Of a stretch of 58,423 nt of DNA, positions 1 through 7,571 are shown one piece after another; positions within the stretch are counted from its first letter, which is position 1, and each line of letters begins with the position of its first letter. Made by a program: the position numbers and the translations under genes. This stretch comes from Candidatus Micrarchaeota archaeon (GTDB taxonomy: Archaea; Micrarchaeota; Micrarchaeia; Norongarragalinales; SBBD01). The notes below the pieces were generated by a model. The model made no database searches. It saw only the letters and a program-made list of their open reading frames with translations, and was not told where the DNA came from. The stretch spans positions 1 to 58,423 of the forward strand of contig JAZDGU010000046.1 in assembly GCA_043806595.1 (NCBI GenBank). The letters run 5' to 3'.

Positions 1-45
1 GCCTTCGCTTGGGTAGCATTTTCCAAATTATATTAGAAGGCAGTC

Positions 46-144
46 TTGGCGCTCGATTGGGAGCAAGCCCGCCGCATCGTCGCAACCTACAAGGCCAAGA
101 AGGATGCCGAGGCGACGTTTAACGCCGTGATGGACGCGCAATAG
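46..144 (+). CDS. Possible 32-aa protein MALDWEQARRIVATYKAKKDAEATFNAVMDAQ
   Basis: TTG start to TAG, host-like codon usage, helical amphipathic look; not in the ORF track. Confidence 0.3.
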   Translation: MALDWEQARRIVATYKAKKDAEATFNAVMDAQ

Positions 145-256
145 GTCGGTCGGCGAAGTAAGCCAGGCGGGGCGTTGCTGGTTGAAAGCCTTCGAGTTTG
201 GAGGCCATGCTCATTCTGGAGTTTATGCGGTCGTCGAGGGCGCGGAGGCGCAGGAT
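119..256 (-). pseudogene. 5'-truncated copy of the orphan gene at 1103-1330
   Basis: Translates ILRLRALDDRINSRMSMASKLEGFQPATPRLAYFADRPIARPSRR*; 25 of 37 aligned residues identical to the 1103-1330 product; no start codon before an upstream in-frame TAA. Confidence 0.75.
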
Positions 257-273
257 AAAATAAAGGTGGTAAA

Positions 274-441
274 ATGAACGAAACGATTTTAGTTAATGCG
301 ACGGCTGGGCTTGATGTTTTTACGCCATCGCCGCCCAGCATTTTAATGCGGGATTTCTTCGGATGGGCGGCGGGCTATTGGTGGGTGGCTGTGTTGGCGG
401 TGGTTGTAATTTATCTGGCGGCTACTCGGCCAAGCTTTTGA
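274..441 (+). CDS. 55-aa single-pass membrane protein with two N-glycosylation sequons
   Basis: GGTGGT RBS; MNETILVNATAGLDVFTPSPPSILMRDFFGWAAGYWWVAVLAVVVIYLAATRPSF; ends 11 nt before the recombinase start. Confidence 0.65.
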   Translation: MNETILVNATAGLDVFTPSPPSILMRDFFGWAAGYWWVAVLAVVVIYLAATRPSF

Positions 442-452
442 GGGCGGTTAAA

Positions 453-1100
453 ATGGGCGTTGCGATTTATTGCCGGGTTTCGACGGATGCGCAGGAATTA
501 GGCCAGCAGATTGAATCCTGCAAGCGTTTTGCCGAGTTTAAAAAATTGGAGGTCGGCGAGGTCTTTGCAGAAATAGGTTCGGGAAAAACTTTCCGCAGGC
601 CGAAGCTCCAAGAGATGCTTGGAAAACTCCGGCAAGGCTTATTTCAAGGCGTCGTTGCCTTCCGTTTTGACCGCTTGGGGCGCAACAGCCGCGAGGTTTG
701 CTTATTCTTTGATGAATTTGAAGGGCGGGGCGTTCAAATTTACAGCGTCCATGAAAACTTGGACACAACGACGCCGATAGGCCGGGCTATGCGGGAGATT
801 CTCGTAACTCTTGCCCAATTGGAGCGAGAAAATATTAGCGAGGCCACGCGCCACCGGCTTGCGGCATTAAAAGCCGTTGGCAAGAAACTTGGACGCCGGG
901 AACGCGAGCTTGATGTTGCGAAGGCCGCAGAGCTTCGGGCGGGCGGCGCGTCGTGGTCGAAGATAGCGCAGGCCGTTCATGCCCCGGCAAGCACCATCCG
1001 CTTGCGCCTGCAACAAAAGGGGGGAGAGAAACCGGCGGTTATTGCAAAGGGGCAACCTATTCCTGCAACGGACGCCGTTTCCTGCAAGCCATTAGTATAG
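453..1100 (+). CDS. Small serine recombinase (resolvase/invertase family) with C-terminal HTH
   Basis: YCRVSTDAQ catalytic Ser motif, FDRLGRN, AQLERENISEAT..G..LGR, HTH GASWSKIAQAVHAPASTIR. Confidence 0.93.
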   Translation: MGVAIYCRVSTDAQELGQQIESCKRFAEFKKLEVGEVFAEIGSGKTFRRPKLQEMLGKLRQGLFQGVVAFRFDRLGRNSREVCLFFDEFEGRGVQIYSVHENLDTTTPIGRAMREILVTLAQLERENISEATRHRLAALKAVGKKLGRRERELDVAKAAELRAGGASWSKIAQAVHAPASTIRLRLQQKGGEKPAVIAKGQPIPATDAVSCKPLV

Positions 1101-1102
1101 AA

Positions 1103-1330
1103 CTAGCGGCGGCGGGCTCGGCGTGGTGCGGCAGGGCGTTCCGTGAAATAGGCCAGGCGCGGGGTTTGCGGTCGGTAGGTGCTGATCTTGGATTCCATGT
1201 CCATCCGGTTGCGGATGCGGTCGTCCAAGGCGCGTAACCGGAGGGCGGGCGCGTCCATTCTTCCGTCCATTTCTTCGACGTATGGCGTTTGCGGTGGTTG
1301 CCGGGCATTTGGGCGCTGGAAAAAAGGCAT
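1103..1330 (-). CDS. Small basic orphan protein (75 aa)
   Basis: ATG MPFFQRP; coding status supported by a synonymously diverged second copy at 119-256. Confidence 0.7.
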   Translation of the reverse strand: MPFFQRPNARQPPQTPYVEEMDGRMDAPALRLRALDDRIRNRMDMESKISTYRPQTPRLAYFTERPAAPRRARRR

Positions 1331-1392
1331 AGCTGTTTTTACGGCCAGGTACAATAAATAGCTATCGTTTAGGGATTTGTAGTTGAACTGCT

Positions 1393-1409
1393 AAATCCCA
1401 TCCTCGGCG
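1393..1409 (+). repeat. att-like copy of a tRNA 3' end (Ser-type: AAAT-CCCAT-CCTCGGC-G)
   Basis: Fits T-loop end + 5-nt T-stem + 7-nt acceptor strand + G73; the 13-mer CCCATCCTCGGCG recurs at 2268-2280. Confidence 0.6.
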
Positions 1410-1503
1410 CTCTGGGTTATTTTTTATAGCATTCTATCCCAGGCGCAGAATCTCCTACCTGGCGTCTGAAAAAATGCCTTTTTGCAGAAATGGGGGCAGC
1501 CCC

Positions 1504-1842
1504 TTACTCCTCTGCTAGCATTTGATTTACGGCGGTTTTAAGACCGGGAAGCTTGTGAATGACGATATCCCAGATTATTCTCACGTCTACACCAAAGTAT
1601 TCGTGAATCAAAATGTCCCTCAACCCGGCTATCTTTCTCCACTCGATTTCAGGGTGGCTTGCCGTAAGAGACGGAGGCAATTTCTTGACGGCTTCCCCGA
1701 TGATTTCAAGGTTCCTGACCGTTCCATCGATTAGCAAAGAGTTTTCGGAAAATTCCTTAAAGGAGACCCGTTCGGTATACTCTTCAATTTTCTCAATTGA
1801 GGTGCGTATGTCTTCAAGATAGAGCTTATGAGACTTCGGCAT
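1504..1842 (-). CDS. HEPN/DUF86 (HepT-like) RNase toxin
   Basis: LEIIGEAVK, EIEWRKIAGLRDILIHEYFGVD (RX4HXY); alternative start at 1863. Confidence 0.92.
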   Translation of the reverse strand: MPKSHKLYLEDIRTSIEKIEEYTERVSFKEFSENSLLIDGTVRNLEIIGEAVKKLPPSLTASHPEIEWRKIAGLRDILIHEYFGVDVRIIWDIVIHKLPGLKTAVNQMLAEE

Positions 1843-2119
1843 AGGCGGCTTCCTCTTTGACATGGCGAAGGGATGGCTTGAGACTCTCCTCGGTGACGAG
1901 GTCTACTTTCCGACCAAACCGGTTCTGGAGTAATTCCTTTAAATCCATGTAATTGTCAAACGTAGGCTGCTTGAATGATACCAAGAAGTCCAAGTCGCTG
2001 TTCGCGGATGCGTTTCCATGTGCAAACGAGCCAAACAGCCCTATCCTGCTGACGCTGAGCCGCCTCAATTGCGCGTTCATCCCGTGAAGGCGTTTTATGA
2101 TTGAATTTGCGTTTTGCAA
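1826..2119 (-). CDS. Minimal nucleotidyltransferase (MntA-like antitoxin)
   Basis: LFGSFAHG..SDLDFLV, FGRKVDLVT; overlaps the HEPN gene. Confidence 0.92.
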   Translation of the reverse strand: MQNANSIIKRLHGMNAQLRRLSVSRIGLFGSFAHGNASANSDLDFLVSFKQPTFDNYMDLKELLQNRFGRKVDLVTEESLKPSLRHVKEEAAYAEVS

Positions 2120-2181
2120 CTACATCCCCGGTACAACATATGTGCGGTTCCGCCTTAAAAAGAGTATCATCAAATTCTGGA

Positions 2182-2292
2182 GCGGTCTATTCCAACCGCA
2201 GAGTCTCCTCCCCGGGCTTCACAGGAGTTGCACCCTCCGCTTGGGCGTAGTAGCCACGCCCCCAACGCCCATCCTCGGCGTGGGGGGACCGC
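2182..2292. ncRNA. Candidate structured RNA/DNA element of unknown class
   Basis: Terminal helix GCGGTC/GACCGC enclosing several GC-rich hairpins; one contains the tRNA-end 13-mer. Confidence 0.35.
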
Positions 2293-2335
2293 AACGTATT
2301 TCAATCCCGGAATGCTGCTTTCCTGCGGTGTTGCC

Positions 2336-2674
2336 ATGGCGGTTCTCGAAGACGTGCTGTTCTATGGGTACGGATTACTGTTCGCGTTCGCGGTCTACCT
2401 CTGGTTCAAGCTCACCAAGGTCATGCAGCTGTTCAAGTTCAAGGTCATGCAGAGGATATTCTACCTGATGCTGATCTCGAGCACGTACGTCACGCTGTGG
2501 CTCTTCGCCGAGATCCTCCTTCGCGTCACCGGAATAAGGCAGGCAGCATGGTCCGACGCGTTCACGGAAATCGCCGTGGGCCTGCTGCTCGCGGTCTATT
2601 ACCTAATCGTGAAGACGCTCGAGGAGCACCGGCAGGAGCTCACGAAATACGACTCCCTGTACTACAAGATGTGA
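2336..2674 (+). CDS. Small 3-TM membrane protein
   Basis: Three hydrophobic helices, host-like codon usage. Confidence 0.8.
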   Translation: MAVLEDVLFYGYGLLFAFAVYLWFKLTKVMQLFKFKVMQRIFYLMLISSTYVTLWLFAEILLRVTGIRQAAWSDAFTEIAVGLLLAVYYLIVKTLEEHRQELTKYDSLYYKM

Positions 2675-2688
2675 GCGTCGGAAAGACC

Positions 2689-3123
2689 ATGGAAGCAGGC
2701 AATCCCAAAGGCAGAATACGCAACGAACACCTCCAAGACGTATCGGAGGGATTGAGGAAGCATAGGCTGTTCAGGCTCGGCATCCTGCAAGTGGCCACCG
2801 CGAAGGAGCGCCCGGACTCCTTGCTTGTTTCGCACAGGAACGAGCAGCCGCTGAGCCGGATTTACATCGATTTGGTCCAGCGGCAAATCGAGAGGATAAT
2901 CGTGGAGAATAGGCTGGAAATCGGGCTCCAAGCCGGCGCTGCATCGGAAATGCCACGGCCCTTGCGCATCAGAACGAGAAAACCGGGCGGAAGGACGGAA
3001 AACCCGCGTTTTTTTGAAAGGACGAAATCGGGGGGTTTGTCGGAGCGGGCAAGTCAGGTCCACCAGGAAATGGTTCCGTACACCGTTTTCCGGCTGATTC
3101 CGAAGAAGGGACGGGAGCGCTAG
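2689..3123 (+). CDS. Basic orphan protein
   Basis: ATG 14 nt after the previous stop, 144 aa, fills the gap to the convergent gene. Confidence 0.6.
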   Translation: MEAGNPKGRIRNEHLQDVSEGLRKHRLFRLGILQVATAKERPDSLLVSHRNEQPLSRIYIDLVQRQIERIIVENRLEIGLQAGAASEMPRPLRIRTRKPGGRTENPRFFERTKSGGLSERASQVHQEMVPYTVFRLIPKKGRER

Positions 3124-3701
3124 CCGTTTTCGGATTCGTCGGATTCCTTTGCAGGCGCGAGCGCCCTCACCGCGTCGGAAAGTAGCTCCGTGAAGTCCAC
3201 GTTCCTCTCGCGCTTGAGCACGTAGAGATGCTTGCCCATGCGCGCGACGACGTCATCGGCCATCCTGTGCTCGACGGCAAGCTCGTCCTCGATCGCCTTG
3301 CGGTCAAGCAGCTCCGGAGGAAATCCCCTGCGCTCGCGGAGCCAAGCGGCGGTCTCGGCATCGGACTCGACGAGGATGAACGCGTCGATGCGCTCGAGGA
3401 GGGGTGCGGGAATCAACGGCTGCGGAATGAGCTTGTGGTCGGCATAGTTGGCGAAACTGCCGTCGAGGAGAGTGATGCCGCTGCCTGACTCCGCCTCGGC
3501 GCAGCACTTGCGGCCGATTGCCTCGTTTTCGTCAGGGGCAAGGTCGGCAAGCGTCTTGCCGAAGGTGTGCTCGGCAAGGTAGTGGAGGGCCTGGCCAAGG
3601 TCGAGTAGCCGGAAGCCCGGCTGGTTCATCACCGCGATGGCGGCGTACTTGCTCTTCCCTAGCCCGCGGATGCCTCCCATGAACACGACGAAGGCCTTCA
3701 T
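3120..3701 (-). CDS. Archaeal adenylate kinase-like P-loop protein (divergent)
   Basis: N-terminal P-loop GIRGLGKS, LLDG, FILVESD; AdkA-like layout. Confidence 0.6.
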   Translation of the reverse strand: MKAFVVFMGGIRGLGKSKYAAIAVMNQPGFRLLDLGQALHYLAEHTFGKTLADLAPDENEAIGRKCCAEAESGSGITLLDGSFANYADHKLIPQPLIPAPLLERIDAFILVESDAETAAWLRERRGFPPELLDRKAIEDELAVEHRMADDVVARMGKHLYVLKRERNVDFTELLSDAVRALAPAKESDESENG

Positions 3702-3755
3702 TGATTACTGCGTGGGGCAACTTGTATTTAAGGCAGACGGAAGGGGGGAGAGGGG

Positions 3756-5570
3756 TCAGCATTTGATTTTATGGACGCCGAGGCCTTCGGACTCGTAGAC
3801 AGGAACGCTTATCCGCTTCAGGGCTTCCGGAAGCCTCCAGCCGCGGTTTGCGTCCTCGTATGCATAGGAAACGCGGTTCGCTGAAATCAGCGCGCAGTCT
3901 CCGGCGAGCATGCGGTTGTTCTCCTCCTCGCGTGTGGCGCGGTCGAATCCGTGGTTTTCTATCCAAAGCTGGTTGGTGAAGAAGGAAAGGCGGCCGCCGA
4001 TTGCGGTAAGGCACGTGGTCTCGGCCTGCGGGTCGGCGATGAATACGGCCCTTTCCGGGATTTCGGAGGCGACGAAGCCGGCCATGGCCGCGTATGACGC
4101 GGGGCAGATGGGGCGCTGGTACTCATCCACTGAAGCATAGTGGAGGAGGGAAACTACTGAAAGGTAGCCGGAGAAGGCCGCGAGGGCGAACAAGGCGATG
4201 GCGGCCGGCCGGCCATACCCGCGGGCATTCCATATTCGGGAAAGCGCCGCCGCCGCAAGCAGGGACATGACGAGGATTGCGGGCTGGACGAGCTTGAAGT
4301 TGTCCACGTCCCACTTGGCCATGGAAACGAAGTGGAAGGCGGCGAATGCCGGCAAGAGCGCGATGAAGACCCTGCGCAGGGCAGGAGGGCACGCGAGGAG
4401 GCCGGCAAGGGCAAGCAGGCCGGCGATTCCGAGGTTGTCCAGCCAGAACCCCGGGAGCGCAAGTGTATTGCCCCCGGTCATCCAGAAGGGGGCGAACTGG
4501 AGGGACTGCCCAGAGGATGCGAGCTTGGGCAGGTAAATGTGCGCCGAAAGGATGAGCGCGGCTGCCGCTGCTGCGAAGAACCAGAGCCAGCGCCGGTCCC
4601 TGTCGAAAAGCAGGGAGTAGAAGAAGGCGAACGAGAGGGTGGCAGCTGCTGCAGGCAGGCTGAACGCTCCGGAGAGGCCCGCAAAAAGGCCCGCAAGTGC
4701 CATCGAATGCGGGGTCCTCTTCCCCGCGAGGGCAAAAGCGAGGATTGCGAGAAAAATCGCCATGCCGGCAAGGTCGGGTTTGGTGACCATGGCAGTGGTC
4801 AGCATGTTGGCGATGGGATAGCCGTACGAGCGGTATTGGAGGAAAAGCCCGGGATTTGAGAGAAGTTCGGCCCATGCGGAGGGGCTGGAGGAGTCGAAGC
4901 CCTGCAGGTGAGCGGTGAACACCAGCCCGCCGGAGAAGAGGAGGAGCAGGACGGCGGCCAAGGCGGTGCGGCTCTGCCGAAAGAGCCGCACGGCGACGTA
5001 GAAGAACGAGGAAAAGAGCGCGGCGAGGAACAGCGCGGTGGCGAGGTTGTAGGAAAGCAGGAGGGGAAGCCCGGCCTTGAAGAGGATTCCGGCGAAGAGG
5101 AAGAAGAAGTAATGGTAGCTCAGCAGCTCGCCGGAAATCACCGGGTATTCTGGGGGGAAGTTGCCTGCGGCGACGGACGAGGAAATCGACAGGTAGAAGC
5201 CTAGGTCGAGGCCGTTGCCGACGAGGTTTCCGCCGGAGTCGTAGTGCAGGAGGGCGGTTGAAAGGAAGAGGAACGCGAGGAAGGACGCGGTGAAGAAGAG
5301 GGGAAGGGGAGAGAAGATTGGTTTGAGTGAAGGCACGCGGATTTTGAAAGGCTTGAGGGCGTATGCCGAGATGCAGACTAGAATGAAGGATGCGATGATT
5401 ACGGACATTTTCGAGAAGCCGATTGCAAGGGAGGGGAGGTACGCGGCCCATGTGCCAAAGACGATGCCGACGGGCACGCAAAACAGCCACGCGGCGTCGG
5501 GAAAGACCTTCCTTGAGGCTGCATAACCTGCGGCGACGCAGGCGGCGAGGAAGAAAAGCGCGGCGAGCAT
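3756..5570 (-). CDS. Polytopic membrane protein, GT-C glycosyltransferase-like
   Basis: About 13 TM helices, DLGFY..GNFPPEYP..LSYHYFF loop, C-terminal soluble domain. Confidence 0.75.
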   Translation of the reverse strand: MLAALFFLAACVAAGYAASRKVFPDAAWLFCVPVGIVFGTWAAYLPSLAIGFSKMSVIIASFILVCISAYALKPFKIRVPSLKPIFSPLPLFFTASFLAFLFLSTALLHYDSGGNLVGNGLDLGFYLSISSSVAAGNFPPEYPVISGELLSYHYFFFLFAGILFKAGLPLLLSYNLATALFLAALFSSFFYVAVRLFRQSRTALAAVLLLLFSGGLVFTAHLQGFDSSSPSAWAELLSNPGLFLQYRSYGYPIANMLTTAMVTKPDLAGMAIFLAILAFALAGKRTPHSMALAGLFAGLSGAFSLPAAAATLSFAFFYSLLFDRDRRWLWFFAAAAAALILSAHIYLPKLASSGQSLQFAPFWMTGGNTLALPGFWLDNLGIAGLLALAGLLACPPALRRVFIALLPAFAAFHFVSMAKWDVDNFKLVQPAILVMSLLAAAALSRIWNARGYGRPAAIALFALAAFSGYLSVVSLLHYASVDEYQRPICPASYAAMAGFVASEIPERAVFIADPQAETTCLTAIGGRLSFFTNQLWIENHGFDRATREEENNRMLAGDCALISANRVSYAYEDANRGWRLPEALKRISVPVYESEGLGVHKIKC

Positions 5571-5784
5571 GGGGCTTCTTACGGCACGGGCCAATATTAT
5601 TGTTATTGATTGCGCAATGGGGTAGTATTGATAGGCAAAAGGTCCATTGGCTGGAAAAGGAGGTCGCAGGAGGCTTTTTTTCGGGAAAATGCACGGTTTT
5701 ACGGCGTTTCTGGCTTTGAGGGGCACGCTGGCGGGCAAAGGTTTATAATCGTTTAGTGAGAGTTAATAGTATTTGAACGGTGAG

Positions 5785-6075
5785 ATGGCTTTAGAGGCGG
5801 GGTTTGCATACGCGGTGCTGATGGCAGGCGTATTCGTCTGGCTGCTCATGAGGCTTGTGCTGGGGCACGACGGCTTCGGCAACGGGCTCATGGTCGCACT
5901 GGTGGCCCTCGTGTTGTTGCCGTATCTTGCCGAGCAGAGCGCGATAACCTTCCTCGTCATTCTGGCGGTGGGCGGGCTGGCCGTGCAGCAGGTTTATAGG
6001 ACGTCGTTTCCGGAGAGCGTGCTGGTGACGCTCGTGGCAATGGTCGTAGGTTCGATGTTGATACCCTTGACGTGA
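5785..6075 (+). CDS. Small 4-TM membrane protein (paralog 1)
   Basis: GGTGA RBS, hydrophobic; shares AVG.L.VQQ.Y with the next gene. Confidence 0.8.
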   Translation: MALEAGFAYAVLMAGVFVWLLMRLVLGHDGFGNGLMVALVALVLLPYLAEQSAITFLVILAVGGLAVQQVYRTSFPESVLVTLVAMVVGSMLIPLT

Positions 6076-6081
6076 GATAAA

Positions 6082-6405
6082 ATGGCGCTGTACCTGTTCG
6101 ACATGCTTTACAACGTCGACTCCCTTTTCTCGATATTCTTCGTAGCGGTGGTCATCTGGCTGGCGATGAAATACGTATTCGGCGTGCAGAGCTTCTGGAA
6201 CGCGTTGATCCTGGCCTTCGTGGGCATGATATTCCTGCCCTTGATTGCGGGTGCGGCGCAGACCATGTTCGCATCGCTGATCCTGCTCGCCGTCGGCGCG
6301 CTGCTGGTGCAGCAGCTCTACGCGGGCTCGTCGCTGACCTCGAGCGTGGTCGCGATGGCCGTTGCGCTCATCATCAGCTTCGTCGTGTTCCCGTCGATTT
6401 ATTGA
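6082..6405 (+). CDS. Small 4-TM membrane protein (paralog 2)
   Basis: Hydrophobic; AVGALLVQQLY motif. Confidence 0.8.
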   Translation: MALYLFDMLYNVDSLFSIFFVAVVIWLAMKYVFGVQSFWNALILAFVGMIFLPLIAGAAQTMFASLILLAVGALLVQQLYAGSSLTSSVVAMAVALIISFVVFPSIY

Positions 6406-6420
6406 GGTGCCTTTGCCAAG

Positions 6421-6546
6421 ATGTTCAAGTGCGTGCATTGCAAGAAGGAGTTCGAGGAGCTCGAGTTCGTCAGGTGCTCCTACTGCGGCAACAAGGTGCT
6501 GTTCAAGACGACGCCGCCGATCGTGCACAAGGTAAGGGCCGACTGA
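6421..6546 (+). CDS. rpoP: DNA-directed RNA polymerase subunit Rpo12 (P)
   Basis: MFKCVHCKKEF..VRCSYCGNKVLFKTTPPIVHKVRAD zinc ribbon; missing from the ORF track (41 aa). Confidence 0.92.
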   Translation: MFKCVHCKKEFEELEFVRCSYCGNKVLFKTTPPIVHKVRAD

Positions 6547-6601
6547 ACTCCACGGATTTCGGGAAGGACAACAGCGTTAGATTATCGTATCGTGGTTTGG
6601 A

Positions 6602-7561
6602 ATGGCAGGAAAAGGACCGGTGAAGGGATCGAGGGCGTATTGGCACAGGAAGCGCGCCTCGCGCATGGTGCCCAGGCTGAGGGCTTGGAGGCATGATGGC
6701 AAGGGCGGAACGGGCTTCCTGGGCTACAAGGCGGGCATGACGCAGATGGTCATGGTCGACGACTCCGAATCCCCGCTGAAGAATCAGGAGGTTACGCGCG
6801 CGGCCACAGTCGTCGAGGTGCCCCCGGCGTTCGTTTATTCCATCGTCGCCTACGTGATGGGTGACGGCGGGCTCAAGGCCGCGGGCGAGTCACCGGCGCT
6901 GAACGCCCCCAAGCAGCTCAAGAACGTGATTTCGGTGGCAAAGAAGGCGAAAATGAAGCCCGAGGACCTCGGAAAGATTGAGGGACTCGCCGACGTGCGC
7001 GTAATGGCGTGCTCGGAGCCCTGGAAGGCCTCCTTCAAGAAATCCTCGGACGTCTTCGAGATGCCCGTGAACGGCGCCGACGCCAAGGAGAAGCTGGAGT
7101 ATGCCAAGTCCGTCCTCGGCAAGGAACTGCGGGTTTCCGACTTGTTCCAGGAAGGCGAATACCTAGACGTCACAGCGGTCACAACGGGAAGGGGCTGGCA
7201 GGGCGTGGTCAAGCGCTTCGGCGTCGCGCTGAACCCGCGCAAGGCCACGAAGTCGCGCAGGCACGGGGGCACGCTGGGCGCCGAGAAGCAGGGGAAGGTC
7301 ATGTACACGATTCCGCGCGCTGGCCAGATGGGATTCCACCGGAGGACGGAGAGGAACAAGAGGATAATGCTCATCGGCGACGCTTCAAAGGTGCAGCAGG
7401 TGCAGCCCAAGGGCGGGTTCCCGCACTTCGGCGTCATCAAGGGCGACTTCATCGTGGTCGAAGGCAGCCTGCCCGGGCCGGCCAAGCGCGTTCTGCGCTT
7501 CCGCAGGTCGCTGCATGGAAGGCAGGCGAAGAAGCCTCAGGTCAAGCAATTCGGTTACTAA
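6602..7561 (+). CDS. rpl3: 50S ribosomal protein uL3
   Basis: GFLGYKAGMT, GRGWQGVVKRFG, PRAGQMGFHRRTE. Confidence 0.98.
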   Translation: MAGKGPVKGSRAYWHRKRASRMVPRLRAWRHDGKGGTGFLGYKAGMTQMVMVDDSESPLKNQEVTRAATVVEVPPAFVYSIVAYVMGDGGLKAAGESPALNAPKQLKNVISVAKKAKMKPEDLGKIEGLADVRVMACSEPWKASFKKSSDVFEMPVNGADAKEKLEYAKSVLGKELRVSDLFQEGEYLDVTAVTTGRGWQGVVKRFGVALNPRKATKSRRHGGTLGAEKQGKVMYTIPRAGQMGFHRRTERNKRIMLIGDASKVQQVQPKGGFPHFGVIKGDFIVVEGSLPGPAKRVLRFRRSLHGRQAKKPQVKQFGY

Positions 7562-7571
7562 GATGGTAAAA

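Larger units (their letters stand above)
1..1409. mobile_element. Right end of a putative tRNA-integrated element (provirus- or plasmid-like); left end lies outside the window
   Basis: Serine recombinase, small orphan ORFs, visibly more AT-rich codon usage than core genes; ends in a tRNA 3'-end-like sequence at 1393-1409. Confidence 0.6.

Noticed and set aside
2117-2125. In-frame ATG-TAG-TTG before the MNT gene (and the in-frame TAG at 34-36) as evidence of amber recoding
   Set aside because: TAG terminates conserved genes normally (rpl23, rps3, atpA, atpB); GGGGATG is better read as an RBS
2161-2335. Identification as RNase P RNA, SRP RNA, 5S rRNA, tRNA-Sec, or a cobalamin/ZTP riboswitch
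   Set aside because: Only isolated motif fragments (GAGGAGACTC, GGGTGCAA, CCGCTTGGGC), in the wrong order or without the required helices
4123-5694. 523-aa alternative-frame ORF and the many other long overlapping or antisense ORFs in the track
   Set aside because: Arg/Pro/Gly-rich shadow frames expected from high GC3; they overlap well-supported genes
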